Below, in pieces: positions 30,736 to 39,366 of a stretch of 64,000 nt of DNA. Below the pieces are notes generated by a model. That model saw nothing but the letters and a program-made list of their open reading frames with translations, did no database searches and was not told where the DNA came from. Position 1 is the stretch's first letter. Every line of letters starts with the position of its first letter. The translations under genes were made by a program, and so were the position numbers. Source of the DNA: Obrimoposthia wandeli (taxonomy: Eukaryota); NCBI GenBank assembly GCA_977020255.1, contig CDROCS010000253.1:620001-684000 (forward strand), given 5' to 3'.

Positions 30736-31547
30736 AATTTAAAAAACTATTTATAGGCATTACCACTTTATTGCTCGCTGCACAGGCATCAGCACATAAC
30801 CGCTGGATATTGCCAAGTCACTTTAATTTATCTAACGATAAAGGCGCTTGGGTGATGGTTGATGTAACCGCATCAAATGAAACATTTAATGTCGACAAAC
30901 CTATGGGCGCTGAACGAATGGAAATTATAGGTCCTGATGGCAAGTCAATCTACCCTAGCTCTAGCTATCGTGGTCACCGTAAAAGCGTTGTAGATATTCA
31001 TCTTGAAAATGATGGCACCTATCAATTGAAAATGGGTGGAGAAACTGAATATTGGACAAGCTATAAACTTAAAGACCAAGAAGAAGAGCAATGGCTAGAC
31101 AATGTAAGTAAAGAAACCCGTAAAGCCAAATTACCTAAAGGTGCTTATGATGTGCGAACCATTGAATCATCTGGTAGTGTTTTAACGTATATCACACTAA
31201 ATTCTCCATCAGAAAAATTTGAGCTAACTAACAAAGGTTTTGAGTTTGTACCCGTAACGCATCCATCAGATGTTGCACAAGGTGAAGAAGCTAAATTTAA
31301 GTTTATTTATAACGGTAAAGCACAATCAGGCGTTAATGTTGAAATTATAAGGGAAGGGGTACGTTACCGTAACAATCCCGAAAGCTTAAAGTTAATAACC
31401 GACGCTAAAGGAATGATTAATTTCACCCTTGAGCACGCTGGTCGTTATTTATTAATGGCTGAGTTTGAAAATGAAGTACCTGATCATGCATTAGCTGATG
31501 TTATTGATGGTAAAATTTTTCTAACCTTCGAAGCGGTACTGAACTAG
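30732..31547 (+). CDS. DUF4198-family periplasmic protein
   Basis: Signal peptide ending A|HNRWILPS; GFEFVPVTHP, GVRYRN and TDAKG motifs. Confidence 0.8.
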   Translation: MKFKKLFIGITTLLLAAQASAHNRWILPSHFNLSNDKGAWVMVDVTASNETFNVDKPMGAERMEIIGPDGKSIYPSSSYRGHRKSVVDIHLENDGTYQLKMGGETEYWTSYKLKDQEEEQWLDNVSKETRKAKLPKGAYDVRTIESSGSVLTYITLNSPSEKFELTNKGFEFVPVTHPSDVAQGEEAKFKFIYNGKAQSGVNVEIIREGVRYRNNPESLKLITDAKGMINFTLEHAGRYLLMAEFENEVPDHALADVIDGKIFLTFEAVLN

Positions 31548-31770
31548 GAAAAACTAAACACATTCGCTATAAAGCAGCTATAAAAATATTACGCACTTTA
31601 AGTATGTTAACCCGACACATTTAAAGCGTGTCATATTTTTATTTCTAGCTTGCCATTAATCATTTATTAACGTAAAAGTTCTACTAATGGCCAAACTTGC
31701 AACAGTGTGTGCAAATAAAAGGCAATAAAAATTAAAAATTAAAAATAGTATTAAAAAATCAATCTTTCCC

Positions 31771-31807
31771 TTGTCAAAGTACGCATAAATACAATATAAT
31801 CCGCCGC
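31771..31807 (+). promoter_or_regulatory. Sigma-70 stable-RNA promoter for the tRNA pair
   Basis: TTGTCA-N18-TATAAT followed by GC-rich discriminator CCGCCGC, with an AT-rich UP-like tract upstream. Confidence 0.75.
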
Positions 31808-31839
31808 GTCTTATCAATAGACAGTAAAGTAAGTTCAGT

Positions 31840-31916
31840 GGTGGCTATAGCTCAGTTGGTAGAGCCCCGGATTGTGATTCCGGTTGTCGAGGGTTCAAGT
31901 CCCTTTAGCCACCCCA
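31840..31916 (+). tRNA. tRNA-His (GTG)
   Basis: GGTGGCTATAGCTCAGTTGGTAGAGC...ATTGTGATT...GGTTCAAGTCC...AGCCACCCCA; G-1 and encoded CCA. Confidence 0.97.
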
Positions 31917-31961
31917 TTTTTTACTTCTCCCTGAAGTAGAAAATAAAAAGTTATAAAATGT

Positions 31962-32038
31962 CGGTGATTAGCGCAGCTTGGTAGCGCACTTGGTTTGGGT
32001 CCAAGGGGTCGCAAGTTCGAATCTTGCATCACCGACCA
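31962..32038 (+). tRNA. tRNA-Pro (TGG)
   Basis: CGGTGATTAGCGCAGCTTGGTAGCGC; anticodon arm CTTGG-TTTGGGT-CCAAG; T-loop GTTCGAATC; encoded CCA. Confidence 0.97.
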
Positions 32039-32112
32039 CTTTTTAAATCCTCCCCCGTAAATATTCATAAGTAAAACACACAATAAATTCAGATAATTGA
32101 TGAATGAGATGT

Positions 32113-32207
32113 TGTCAGTTTTTTTTACACTTAGACATAATCCAATAAACACTGAAAACTATATCATTGATATTATAGCGCTTTACGTTTTTGGTGTGTT
32201 TATTGCA
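32113..32207 (+). promoter_or_regulatory. Candidate sigma-54 promoter (32192-32207) with upstream TGT-N11-ACA activator site (32113-32129)
   Basis: TGGTGTGTTTATTGCA has GG and GC separated by exactly 10 nt; dyad TGTCAG-N5-TTTACA lies about 65 bp upstream. Confidence 0.55.
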
Positions 32208-32279
32208 ATTCGTTAGTAACTTATCCATTTATTACTCATGGAAACTAATTTTATGAAAGACCATAAAAAAGGAAATAAA

Positions 32280-32972
32280 ATGAAATTTACGCTTTTAAAA
32301 ACTACACTGATGAGTTTAATTCTGTCACTTACTGCATTAACAAATGTTGCCCATGCAGGTCTGATTACCCTCGATATGAGCAATGTAATCGGTTCAACTC
32401 CACCCTATGATAGTAGATTTTTAGCTAAATATATCTTAGACAATCAGTCAGGTGTGATAACCGAAACGAACCAGTCGGCTAATGATGCAGACGGTGGATA
32501 TTGGCTTAACCCTAATAACGGCACGGCAGATGCGTGGATCACAATCGATCTAGGTAGCGCATATGTAATTGACTTTATCGAGTTGTTCAACACCCACAAT
32601 GCGCAGTACTTCGATAGAGGCACTGGAGATTTCCGTATACTGGCCAGCAACTCGGTCACACAAACGGGCAGTATGGGATTTGATCTGGCAGGTTCTGAGT
32701 CTATTCTAATTGACTCGACGTTATTGGCACAAGGCGGATTACAAGCCGGTCCACTTACGGCTCAGAACTTTTCTGTAGGTAACACTAATGCATTTAGATA
32801 TCTACAGTTCAACGCTGACAGTGTCGCAGTTGGAGGTAATCCCTGCTGTGGTACAAACGTTTACGGTCTCAATGAAATTCGTGTCTCTGCAGTGCCTGAG
32901 CCTACTTCTGTCGCTATTTTTGCATTAGGTCTAATGGGATTAGCATCACGTCGATTTAAGAAACAAGCTTAA
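32280..32972 (+). CDS. PEP-CTERM sorted surface protein with discoidin/F5-8-type-C-like domain
   Basis: Signal peptide ...AHAGLI; WITIDLGSAYVIDFIELFN and YLQF...GLNEIRV; C-terminal VPEPTSVAIFALGLMGLASRRFKK. Confidence 0.88.
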   Translation: MKFTLLKTTLMSLILSLTALTNVAHAGLITLDMSNVIGSTPPYDSRFLAKYILDNQSGVITETNQSANDADGGYWLNPNNGTADAWITIDLGSAYVIDFIELFNTHNAQYFDRGTGDFRILASNSVTQTGSMGFDLAGSESILIDSTLLAQGGLQAGPLTAQNFSVGNTNAFRYLQFNADSVAVGGNPCCGTNVYGLNEIRVSAVPEPTSVAIFALGLMGLASRRFKKQA

Positions 32973-32994
32973 TCACTTAAACGTATTTCATTCT

Positions 32995-33027
32995 AAAAAA
33001 CACTGGTCGTAATAATCAGTGTTTTTT
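32995..33027. terminator. Intrinsic terminator
   Basis: AAAAAACACTGGT-loop-ATCAGTGTTTTTT. Confidence 0.75.
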
Positions 33028-33400
33028 TGTTTCTAATCATTAACTATTTCAACAATTCAACTCTGCAAACCATGATAACTACAAGCAATAATAGTACGAT
33101 GATTGTTGTCTTTCTGATTTAATAAAATATACATTTATACCGTAAATTAGCTCAAGTTATTATGGCTGACCTAATAAGTGATTCCTAATGAGCAATATTT
33201 GCTATATATTGCTCATGAGTTATTTATGTAATATTACTGATGCATTGATATGGACCATTAACACAACTAACAAAGTCTCATGCGTATTTATTTTCTTGAT
33301 TTAACTCAAAATAATGCTGTAGCTCCTATGAGATAATACTTAACCATTCCATGCTGTGTTTTCGACACAAAATCAATATGGAATAACTAAAGAGTACAAT

Positions 33401-33619
33401 ATGCAGCAAAGTTTAACCCAAGTAACAATCATTTATTATCATGTTGATTCTCTTGAATTACTACATGAAGTAAAGTCCTTTCCAAAAAATCACCAAGGAA
33501 GAGTTGTCATACCTCAAGCGTTTAAAGAAGCTAAATCAATTATTGCAGTATGCGAGGGTGAAATTAAAATTTTAAATAAAGTGGGCGATCGTATTATGTC
33601 CGTTGGCAATGTCTATTAA
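33401..33619 (+). CDS. Small conserved protein, DUF2375/TIGR02922-like
   Basis: VTIIYY..DSLEL...V.SFP.N.QGRV.IP..FK..KSIIAVCEGEI.ILNKVGDR pattern. Confidence 0.7.
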   Translation: MQQSLTQVTIIYYHVDSLELLHEVKSFPKNHQGRVVIPQAFKEAKSIIAVCEGEIKILNKVGDRIMSVGNVY

Positions 33620-33662
33620 ATAATTTATGGAGCCTGAATCAGCTAACTCAACGCTGCCCCCA

Positions 33663-33722
33663 TATACCCGTTCCACTTGAAGATGCATGATTCAACTGGA
33701 AGTACAAACGCCTTTGGGGAAG
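33663..33722 (+). repeat. Truncated ERIC-like element (left end)
   Basis: TATACCCGTTCCACTTGAAGATGCATGATTCA identical to the start of the 54355 copy. Confidence 0.85.
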
Positions 33723-33762
33723 GCTGTAAAACCTCTCCCAAGCGCTTTTTTGCGTAGGCGTG

Positions 33763-34263
33763 TTAAAATAGCCTAGCGGCGGCATTTACATCATCAGGTG
33801 ATAGACGATATATACGCATGGTATCGATACAATATGCGCCTATTTTTTGGTAAAATTCTATGGCAGGAGTGTTCCAATCCAAGCAGCCCCACTCAAGCAT
33901 TTCACAGCCACGTTCGAGCGCAGTTTTTGATAAAAACTGCATTATGATATTACCTAAACCTTTACCACGCATAGAATCATCAATAAAAAAACCATCGATA
34001 AATAGCCCTGAACGTCCGGTAAAAGCTGAACTTTTTTCGTAAAAATATGCAAAAGCAACAACCTCCCCATCATAAAGCCCAAACACGACTTCACCCTGCT
34101 TAGATTCGAGCAAACGCTCTATCCGCTTTGGCGTGGCGGTAATATCATTTGCCATGTTTTGAAAAACACCTAACTTCTGCATAAATTGGACTACCAACGC
34201 GGCATCCGAAGGTGTACCAAAACGAAGGTCAAATTGCGGTACTTGAGTATGAATCAAAGTCAT
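33763..34263 (-). CDS. GNAT acetyltransferase, SSAT/diamine N-acetyltransferase-like
   Basis: FAYFYEKSSAFTGRSGLF, RGKGLG and EWGCLDWNTPAIEFY motifs. Confidence 0.8.
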   Translation of the reverse strand: MTLIHTQVPQFDLRFGTPSDAALVVQFMQKLGVFQNMANDITATPKRIERLLESKQGEVVFGLYDGEVVAFAYFYEKSSAFTGRSGLFIDGFFIDDSMRGKGLGNIIMQFLSKTALERGCEMLEWGCLDWNTPAIEFYQKIGAYCIDTMRIYRLSPDDVNAAARLF

Positions 34264-34581
34264 TGTTATCCTTTTACTAACGAGCTTATAGAATATCTCG
34301 TTTTATTTTATAGTATTTATTAATCGTAACTCGCTAACTCAATTAAATTTTTACAGTACAATTAATTTCCTTATCTTTAATTATTTTATAAAAACAACTT
34401 AGTAGACTTGCTATTAAACAAGCTACAACCCAAATAGTTTCGGGGTAAGTTTCCATGACTAAAGAAGGATTTTAAACATCTTGTGAATTAACCACATAGC
34501 TTGAAATAAAATTATTTAACTGCCGAATTATAACGTTTGAAGGTAGTAAAACGACTATCGCTATTTAAAAAATAATAATAG

Positions 34582-34616
34582 AAAAGACCAACTTGAGCTT
34601 CAAGTTGGTCTTTTTT
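34582..34616. terminator. Strong intrinsic terminator at the end of the glutarate operon
   Basis: AAAAGACCAACTTGA-gct-TCAAGTTGGTCTTTTTT perfect stem immediately after the lhgO stop. Confidence 0.88.
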
Positions 34617-34617
34617 G

Positions 34618-35829
34618 TCATTTAGATGGCGTAGAACAAAAATGTTCACTTACTTTATCGACGATATAGCTACCAATGGGAATTGCTGAAGTAGCGGCTG
34701 GCGATGGCGCATTACAGACATTAATGGTTCGCTCGCTATTAGCAAACAAAAAGTCATGGACTAAGCTACCATCATTCATCACCGCTTGAGCACGAATACC
34801 TGCGGGATACGATTTAAGATCTGATAATTCAATCGATGGGCAATATTTTTGCACTAAGGTTAAATAGCCGTTTTTAAAGAGTGAATTTTTAAATTCAGTA
34901 ATACCAGAACGCAAGTTTTTCCACAGTACTTTCCAGAATCCAGCAAACATTATCATTTCTTTAATATCGCGAAAGTTAATATTAATCTTGCCATAACCTT
35001 CTCGCTTAAAACCCAAGACAGCATTAGGTCCAACGGTAACACTGCCATCAATCATTCGGGTTAAATGCACACCTAAAAAAGGTAATGTTGGATCAGGAAT
35101 AGGATATATCAAGTGATTAACAATGCCGTTTTTATTCGCCGGCAACTGATAATACTCACCACGAAATGGCACAATTTGAAAATCAACGTTAATGTTTAGC
35201 ATTTTGACCACACGATCAGCCATTAGACCCGAGCAAGTGATTAAGTAACGACTAGAAAATTCACCAGCAGTTGTACTAACGCAAACCTGCTCTGCTGTTT
35301 CCTTTAGCTGGGTTACTTTGGTATTTAATAGATATTCACCACCTAACGCTTGAAATTCCTGCGCCATTTTAATGGTAATTAGCTGGTAATCGACAATACC
35401 TGTAGATTTAACCAAAATAGCGCCAAGCCCGGTAATATTAGGTTCATGGACTTTAAGTTGCTCTTTATCTAATAAGTCCACTTCAATATTATTTTTTTGG
35501 CAGCGTTGGTAAAGCGCCGCCATACGCTTTACTTCTACTGTATTGGTGGCAACCAATAACTTACCGCATTGATTAAAAGGAATATTATGTTGCTGGCAAA
35601 AATTGATAGTGGCGTCGACACCTTCTCGACAAAACTTAGCCTTTAAGCTGCCAGGCTCATAATATACGCCAGCATGAATAACACCGCTATTATGTCCTGT
35701 TTGATGTAGCGCAAATTCACTTTCTTTTTCCAGCAAGAGTACTTTTTTATTGGGATAACGTTGTTGTAGCTGCCAAGCAGTCGATACACCAACAATACCA
35801 CCACCGATAATTATGTAGTCATAGATCAT
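34618..35829 (-). CDS. lhgO: L-2-hydroxyglutarate oxidase/dehydrogenase
   Basis: IIGGGIVG, HQTGHNSGVIHAGVYY, PFRGEYY, PFLGVHLT and NAPSPAAT motifs. Confidence 0.95.
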   Translation of the reverse strand: MIYDYIIIGGGIVGVSTAWQLQQRYPNKKVLLLEKESEFALHQTGHNSGVIHAGVYYEPGSLKAKFCREGVDATINFCQQHNIPFNQCGKLLVATNTVEVKRMAALYQRCQKNNIEVDLLDKEQLKVHEPNITGLGAILVKSTGIVDYQLITIKMAQEFQALGGEYLLNTKVTQLKETAEQVCVSTTAGEFSSRYLITCSGLMADRVVKMLNINVDFQIVPFRGEYYQLPANKNGIVNHLIYPIPDPTLPFLGVHLTRMIDGSVTVGPNAVLGFKREGYGKININFRDIKEMIMFAGFWKVLWKNLRSGITEFKNSLFKNGYLTLVQKYCPSIELSDLKSYPAGIRAQAVMNDGSLVHDFLFANSERTINVCNAPSPAATSAIPIGSYIVDKVSEHFCSTPSK

Positions 35830-35844
35830 AAAAACATCCTAGCT

Positions 35845-36807
35845 TTACGGTTTTAGTTTGGCATTTTCACAATAAGCACCGCGCTGACGCAACAATTCAC
35901 GATAGAGGCCTTTATCAGCAACAAATTTATCACGACCATGTAACCAGGCATGATTATTGACAACCAACATACTGCCGACAGGAACACGGACATTAAAAGT
36001 ATTTTGCTCCTCTTCTAATGACTTGCCCATTTCATATAAATACTGACCTTGGCGCATGTTTAAAGGTTCGGCAAATTGATCAATAAACAGCATTTTAGGT
36101 CGACCATTAATGTCTTCTTCAAAAAACACCGGATGTTGTATTTTATAAGTGATATTTTTACTCGCTGGCGAGGTCCATTGAATTTCTTCTTTTGCTAATG
36201 GATGATTATAGAATTTTTCTAAATCTTGCCATTCGTCTACATGTAATAACAAAGAGTCGCCGCCTTCCATATTCTCTTCAGCGATCTTTTGCATAATAAC
36301 CCAGTCAGTACGCTCTTTTACATAGGTGCCGTCATTGTGTAATTCCATACGACGATGGGCTTGACGTAAATAGCTATCACTATCATCGTCATTTTTGACA
36401 CTAAAGCGCGCATAAAATTTTCCATACATTGCATCTAAATTAGGTACACCAATTAAATGAGAAACGGCAGTTGATAATAGAATATTAAACTCAAGCTGAT
36501 CAAATTCAGCGACTACTGGTTCGCACTGCAGCATAAATGCACCCGTGCCTCTACTCTTGATAATGCCTAGCAGTAAGGTGCCTAAAGTATCATTAGTGAG
36601 ATTATTAAGAATACTAGCAACATGAAAACGCAAAAATGGTTTGTATTCTACCGCCTGCACGCCTAATGGTAATGCCTGTTCAATAAATCCTTTCACTGTT
36701 TCAGAGCTTAGCTTTATCACTTGTAAACGTGGATTTGCTGCAAATGGAGCTACCGAAAAGCCATGTGGGATTGATTCATCATTTATTTTTATTACTGAAC
36801 TATTCAT
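35845..36807 (-). CDS. glaH: Glutarate 2-hydroxylase (Fe/2-oxoglutarate dioxygenase, CsiD)
   Basis: MELHNDGTY (HxD), WLHGRD and LLRQRG motifs; adjacent to lhgO. Confidence 0.93.
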   Translation of the reverse strand: MNSSVIKINDESIPHGFSVAPFAANPRLQVIKLSSETVKGFIEQALPLGVQAVEYKPFLRFHVASILNNLTNDTLGTLLLGIIKSRGTGAFMLQCEPVVAEFDQLEFNILLSTAVSHLIGVPNLDAMYGKFYARFSVKNDDDSDSYLRQAHRRMELHNDGTYVKERTDWVIMQKIAEENMEGGDSLLLHVDEWQDLEKFYNHPLAKEEIQWTSPASKNITYKIQHPVFFEEDINGRPKMLFIDQFAEPLNMRQGQYLYEMGKSLEEEQNTFNVRVPVGSMLVVNNHAWLHGRDKFVADKGLYRELLRQRGAYCENAKLKP

Positions 36808-36832
36808 ATTATCACTCTCTTATGCTTTTAAT

Positions 36833-38047
36833 TTAACTTACCGTAGCGTTAGCAAATAGCTTACTAATGTTGTCTTCACTGTAATTGAGCGTTTTTGATA
36901 AAACCTGATGACTGTGCTGACCCAAGTCAGGTGAAGCACTGTTATATTGTAATGGTGTCGTCGACAGGTTGATTGGCGATGCTATTGTGTCAATAAGATC
37001 TCCATGTTGATTGGCTACTTGCCTGACCATTTCACGATGCTTGATCTGCGGATGATCAAAGACCTGCGCTAAGGTATTAACGGGGCCACAAGGCACAGCC
37101 ACACTTTCAAGTTGTTCAAGCCACCATTGACTGGTATGTGCAGCAAGTTTAGCGGCCAAAATAGGGATGAGTTTGTCGCGATTAATCACCCGTTGCTCGT
37201 TGGTAGCAAAACAAGGGTCTTGTGCAATATTCGACAGCTTAGCCACGTGACAAAATTTACTGAATTGGTTGTCATTACCTATGGCTAAAATCATGCTGCC
37301 ATCTTGAGTAGCAAACGTTTGATAAGGCACAATGTTGGGGTGTCCGTTACCTAATCGCTGCGGGTTTTTACCCGTGGCTAAATAGTTCATCCCTTGATTG
37401 GCTAATGTGGCTACCTGTACATCAAGCAGGGCAATATCAATATGTTGACCTTCGTTAGTCTGATGTCGAGCCATCAATGCTGCTAGCACCGCATTACAAC
37501 TGTACAAACCGGTCATGACATCAACAAGCGCAACGCCAACTTTCATTGGCATACCTTCAGCATCGCCCGTGATACTCATCAAGCCGCCTTCGCCTTGAAT
37601 CATGCCATCATAGCCAGCCTTATGTGCGCTTGGACCACTTTGCCCAAACCCGGTGATGGAGCAATAAACTAATCTAGGATTAATGGCTTTGACACTTTGA
37701 TAATCAAGACCATATTTAACCAAACCACCCACTTTATAATTTTCAATGAGGACATCAGCCTGAGCGATTAAGTCTTTAATCACTTGTTGACCTTGCTCTT
37801 GGGTAATATCAATAGCAATAGATTGTTTATTACGATTCACGCAATGAAAATATGCGGCTTGCGGTGGCTGTTCTTCTGTCGCTTCTTTTATAAAAGGAGG
37901 CCCCCAAAAGCGAGTATCATCACCTTTTTTAGGGCGCTCCACTTTTATCACTTCTGCGCCCATGTCAGCTAACATTTGCGAGGCCCAAGGCCCCGCTAAT
38001 ATGCGGCTTAAATCGACAACTTTTATGTTCCCTAATGCGCTAGTCAT
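36833..38047 (-). CDS. CaiB/BaiF family III CoA-transferase, probable succinyl-CoA:glutarate CoA-transferase
   Basis: DLSRILAGPW, GDDTRFWGPPF, NRNKQS and GNGHPNIVPYQ motifs; start overlaps the gcdH stop. Confidence 0.85.
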   Translation of the reverse strand: MTSALGNIKVVDLSRILAGPWASQMLADMGAEVIKVERPKKGDDTRFWGPPFIKEATEEQPPQAAYFHCVNRNKQSIAIDITQEQGQQVIKDLIAQADVLIENYKVGGLVKYGLDYQSVKAINPRLVYCSITGFGQSGPSAHKAGYDGMIQGEGGLMSITGDAEGMPMKVGVALVDVMTGLYSCNAVLAALMARHQTNEGQHIDIALLDVQVATLANQGMNYLATGKNPQRLGNGHPNIVPYQTFATQDGSMILAIGNDNQFSKFCHVAKLSNIAQDPCFATNEQRVINRDKLIPILAAKLAAHTSQWWLEQLESVAVPCGPVNTLAQVFDHPQIKHREMVRQVANQHGDLIDTIASPINLSTTPLQYNSASPDLGQHSHQVLSKTLNYSEDNISKLFANATVS

Positions 38048-39228
38048 TAGCAGAAAGCCTGATGACCGGTAATAGCACGACCCAAAATTAGCGCATGAAT
38101 ATCATGAGTACCTTCGTAAGTATTGACGGCTTCAAGATTCATCATATGGCGAATTACGCCAAATTCATCACTAATACCATTGCCACCATGCATATCACGG
38201 GCAACACGAGCAATATCAAGCGACTTGCCACAATTATTACGTTTTAATAAAGAAATCAATTCAACTGGACACTGATCCGCGTCCATTAAACGACCCATTT
38301 GTAAGCAGCCTTGCAAGCCAAGACTTATCTCCGTTTGCATATCAGCAAGTTTCTTTTGAATTAACTGATTAGCAGCCAAAGGGCGACCAAATTGTTCTCG
38401 ATCTAAGGTATAATTACGCGCAGAATTAAAGCAAAACTCTGCAGCCCCTAATGCCCCCCAAGCTATTCCATAACGCGCCTTGTTAAGACAACCAAAAGGT
38501 CCTGCTAATCCGCTAATTTCAGGGAACATATTTTCAGCTGGCACAAAAACGTTATCCATAACAATTTCGCCCGTTATTGAAGCACGTAACGAAAATTTAC
38601 CTTCAATTTTTGGTGCAGATAAACCTTCCATGCCTTTTTCAAGCACGAAACCACGAATTTTACGATCAAGCTTTGCCCAAACAACAAATACATCAGCTAT
38701 AGGTGAATTAGTGATCCACATTTTACTACCGGTTAAACAATAACCGCCATCAACTTTGGTGGCGTGAGTACTCATAGAGGCTGGATCGCTACCTGAGTTA
38801 GGCTCAGTCAAACCAAAACAGCCAACCCATTCACCCGAAGCAAGTTTAGGCAAATATTTCATGCGCTGCTCTTCAGTGCCGTAAGCATAGATAGGATGCA
38901 TAACCAGTGACGATTGCACACTCATGGCGCTGCGATAGCCACTATCGACACGCTCTACTTCCCGAGCGATCAAACCATAACTGACATAATTAATTTCACT
39001 GCCACCATATTGAGCAGGCAAGGTAGCACCCAATAGACCTAATTGACCTAATTCACGCATTATTTCACGGTCAAAGTGTTCGTGTCTATTGGCTTCAAGT
39101 ACACGTGGCAGAAGCTTTTCTTGGCAATAATCATAAGCTGTATCACGTATCATACGCTCTTCTTCAGTGAGTTGATTATCAAGAAACATTGGATCTTGCC
39201 AGTTAAAGGCAGTTAATTTTTGGCTCAT
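38047..39228 (-). CDS. gcdH: Glutaryl-CoA dehydrogenase
   Basis: FNWQDP...[35 protein letters not shown] and [13 protein letters not shown] motifs. Confidence 0.95.
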   Translation of the reverse strand: MSQKLTAFNWQDPMFLDNQLTEEERMIRDTAYDYCQEKLLPRVLEANRHEHFDREIMRELGQLGLLGATLPAQYGGSEINYVSYGLIAREVERVDSGYRSAMSVQSSLVMHPIYAYGTEEQRMKYLPKLASGEWVGCFGLTEPNSGSDPASMSTHATKVDGGYCLTGSKMWITNSPIADVFVVWAKLDRKIRGFVLEKGMEGLSAPKIEGKFSLRASITGEIVMDNVFVPAENMFPEISGLAGPFGCLNKARYGIAWGALGAAEFCFNSARNYTLDREQFGRPLAANQLIQKKLADMQTEISLGLQGCLQMGRLMDADQCPVELISLLKRNNCGKSLDIARVARDMHGGNGISDEFGVIRHMMNLEAVNTYEGTHDIHALILGRAITGHQAFC

Positions 39229-39338
39229 ATGATTAGTCCGTTTATATCCTGTTGTGTAGAGATGAAAAGGGTTTAATTTATTGCTTTACTCTATCCTTAA
39301 AACATAAATAAATATAATATATAGTTTTTATAGTTTTC

Positions 39339-39353
39339 ATAACTTTTACTTAT
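39339..39353. promoter_or_regulatory. LysR-type T-N11-A site in the gcdH / regulator divergent region
   Basis: ATAA-CTTTTAC-TTAT dyad just upstream of the LysR start. Confidence 0.5.
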
Positions 39354-39366
39354 AAGGTGCGCGACG

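Noticed and set aside
33136-33158. TATACCGTAAATTAGCTCAAGTT resembling the canonical ERIC left end
   Set aside because: Short, AT-rich and without a partner terminus, so it could be chance.
31840-34000. Possible integrative element or prophage at tRNA-Pro
   Set aside because: No integrase, and I found no duplicated tRNA 3' end (att site) in the window.
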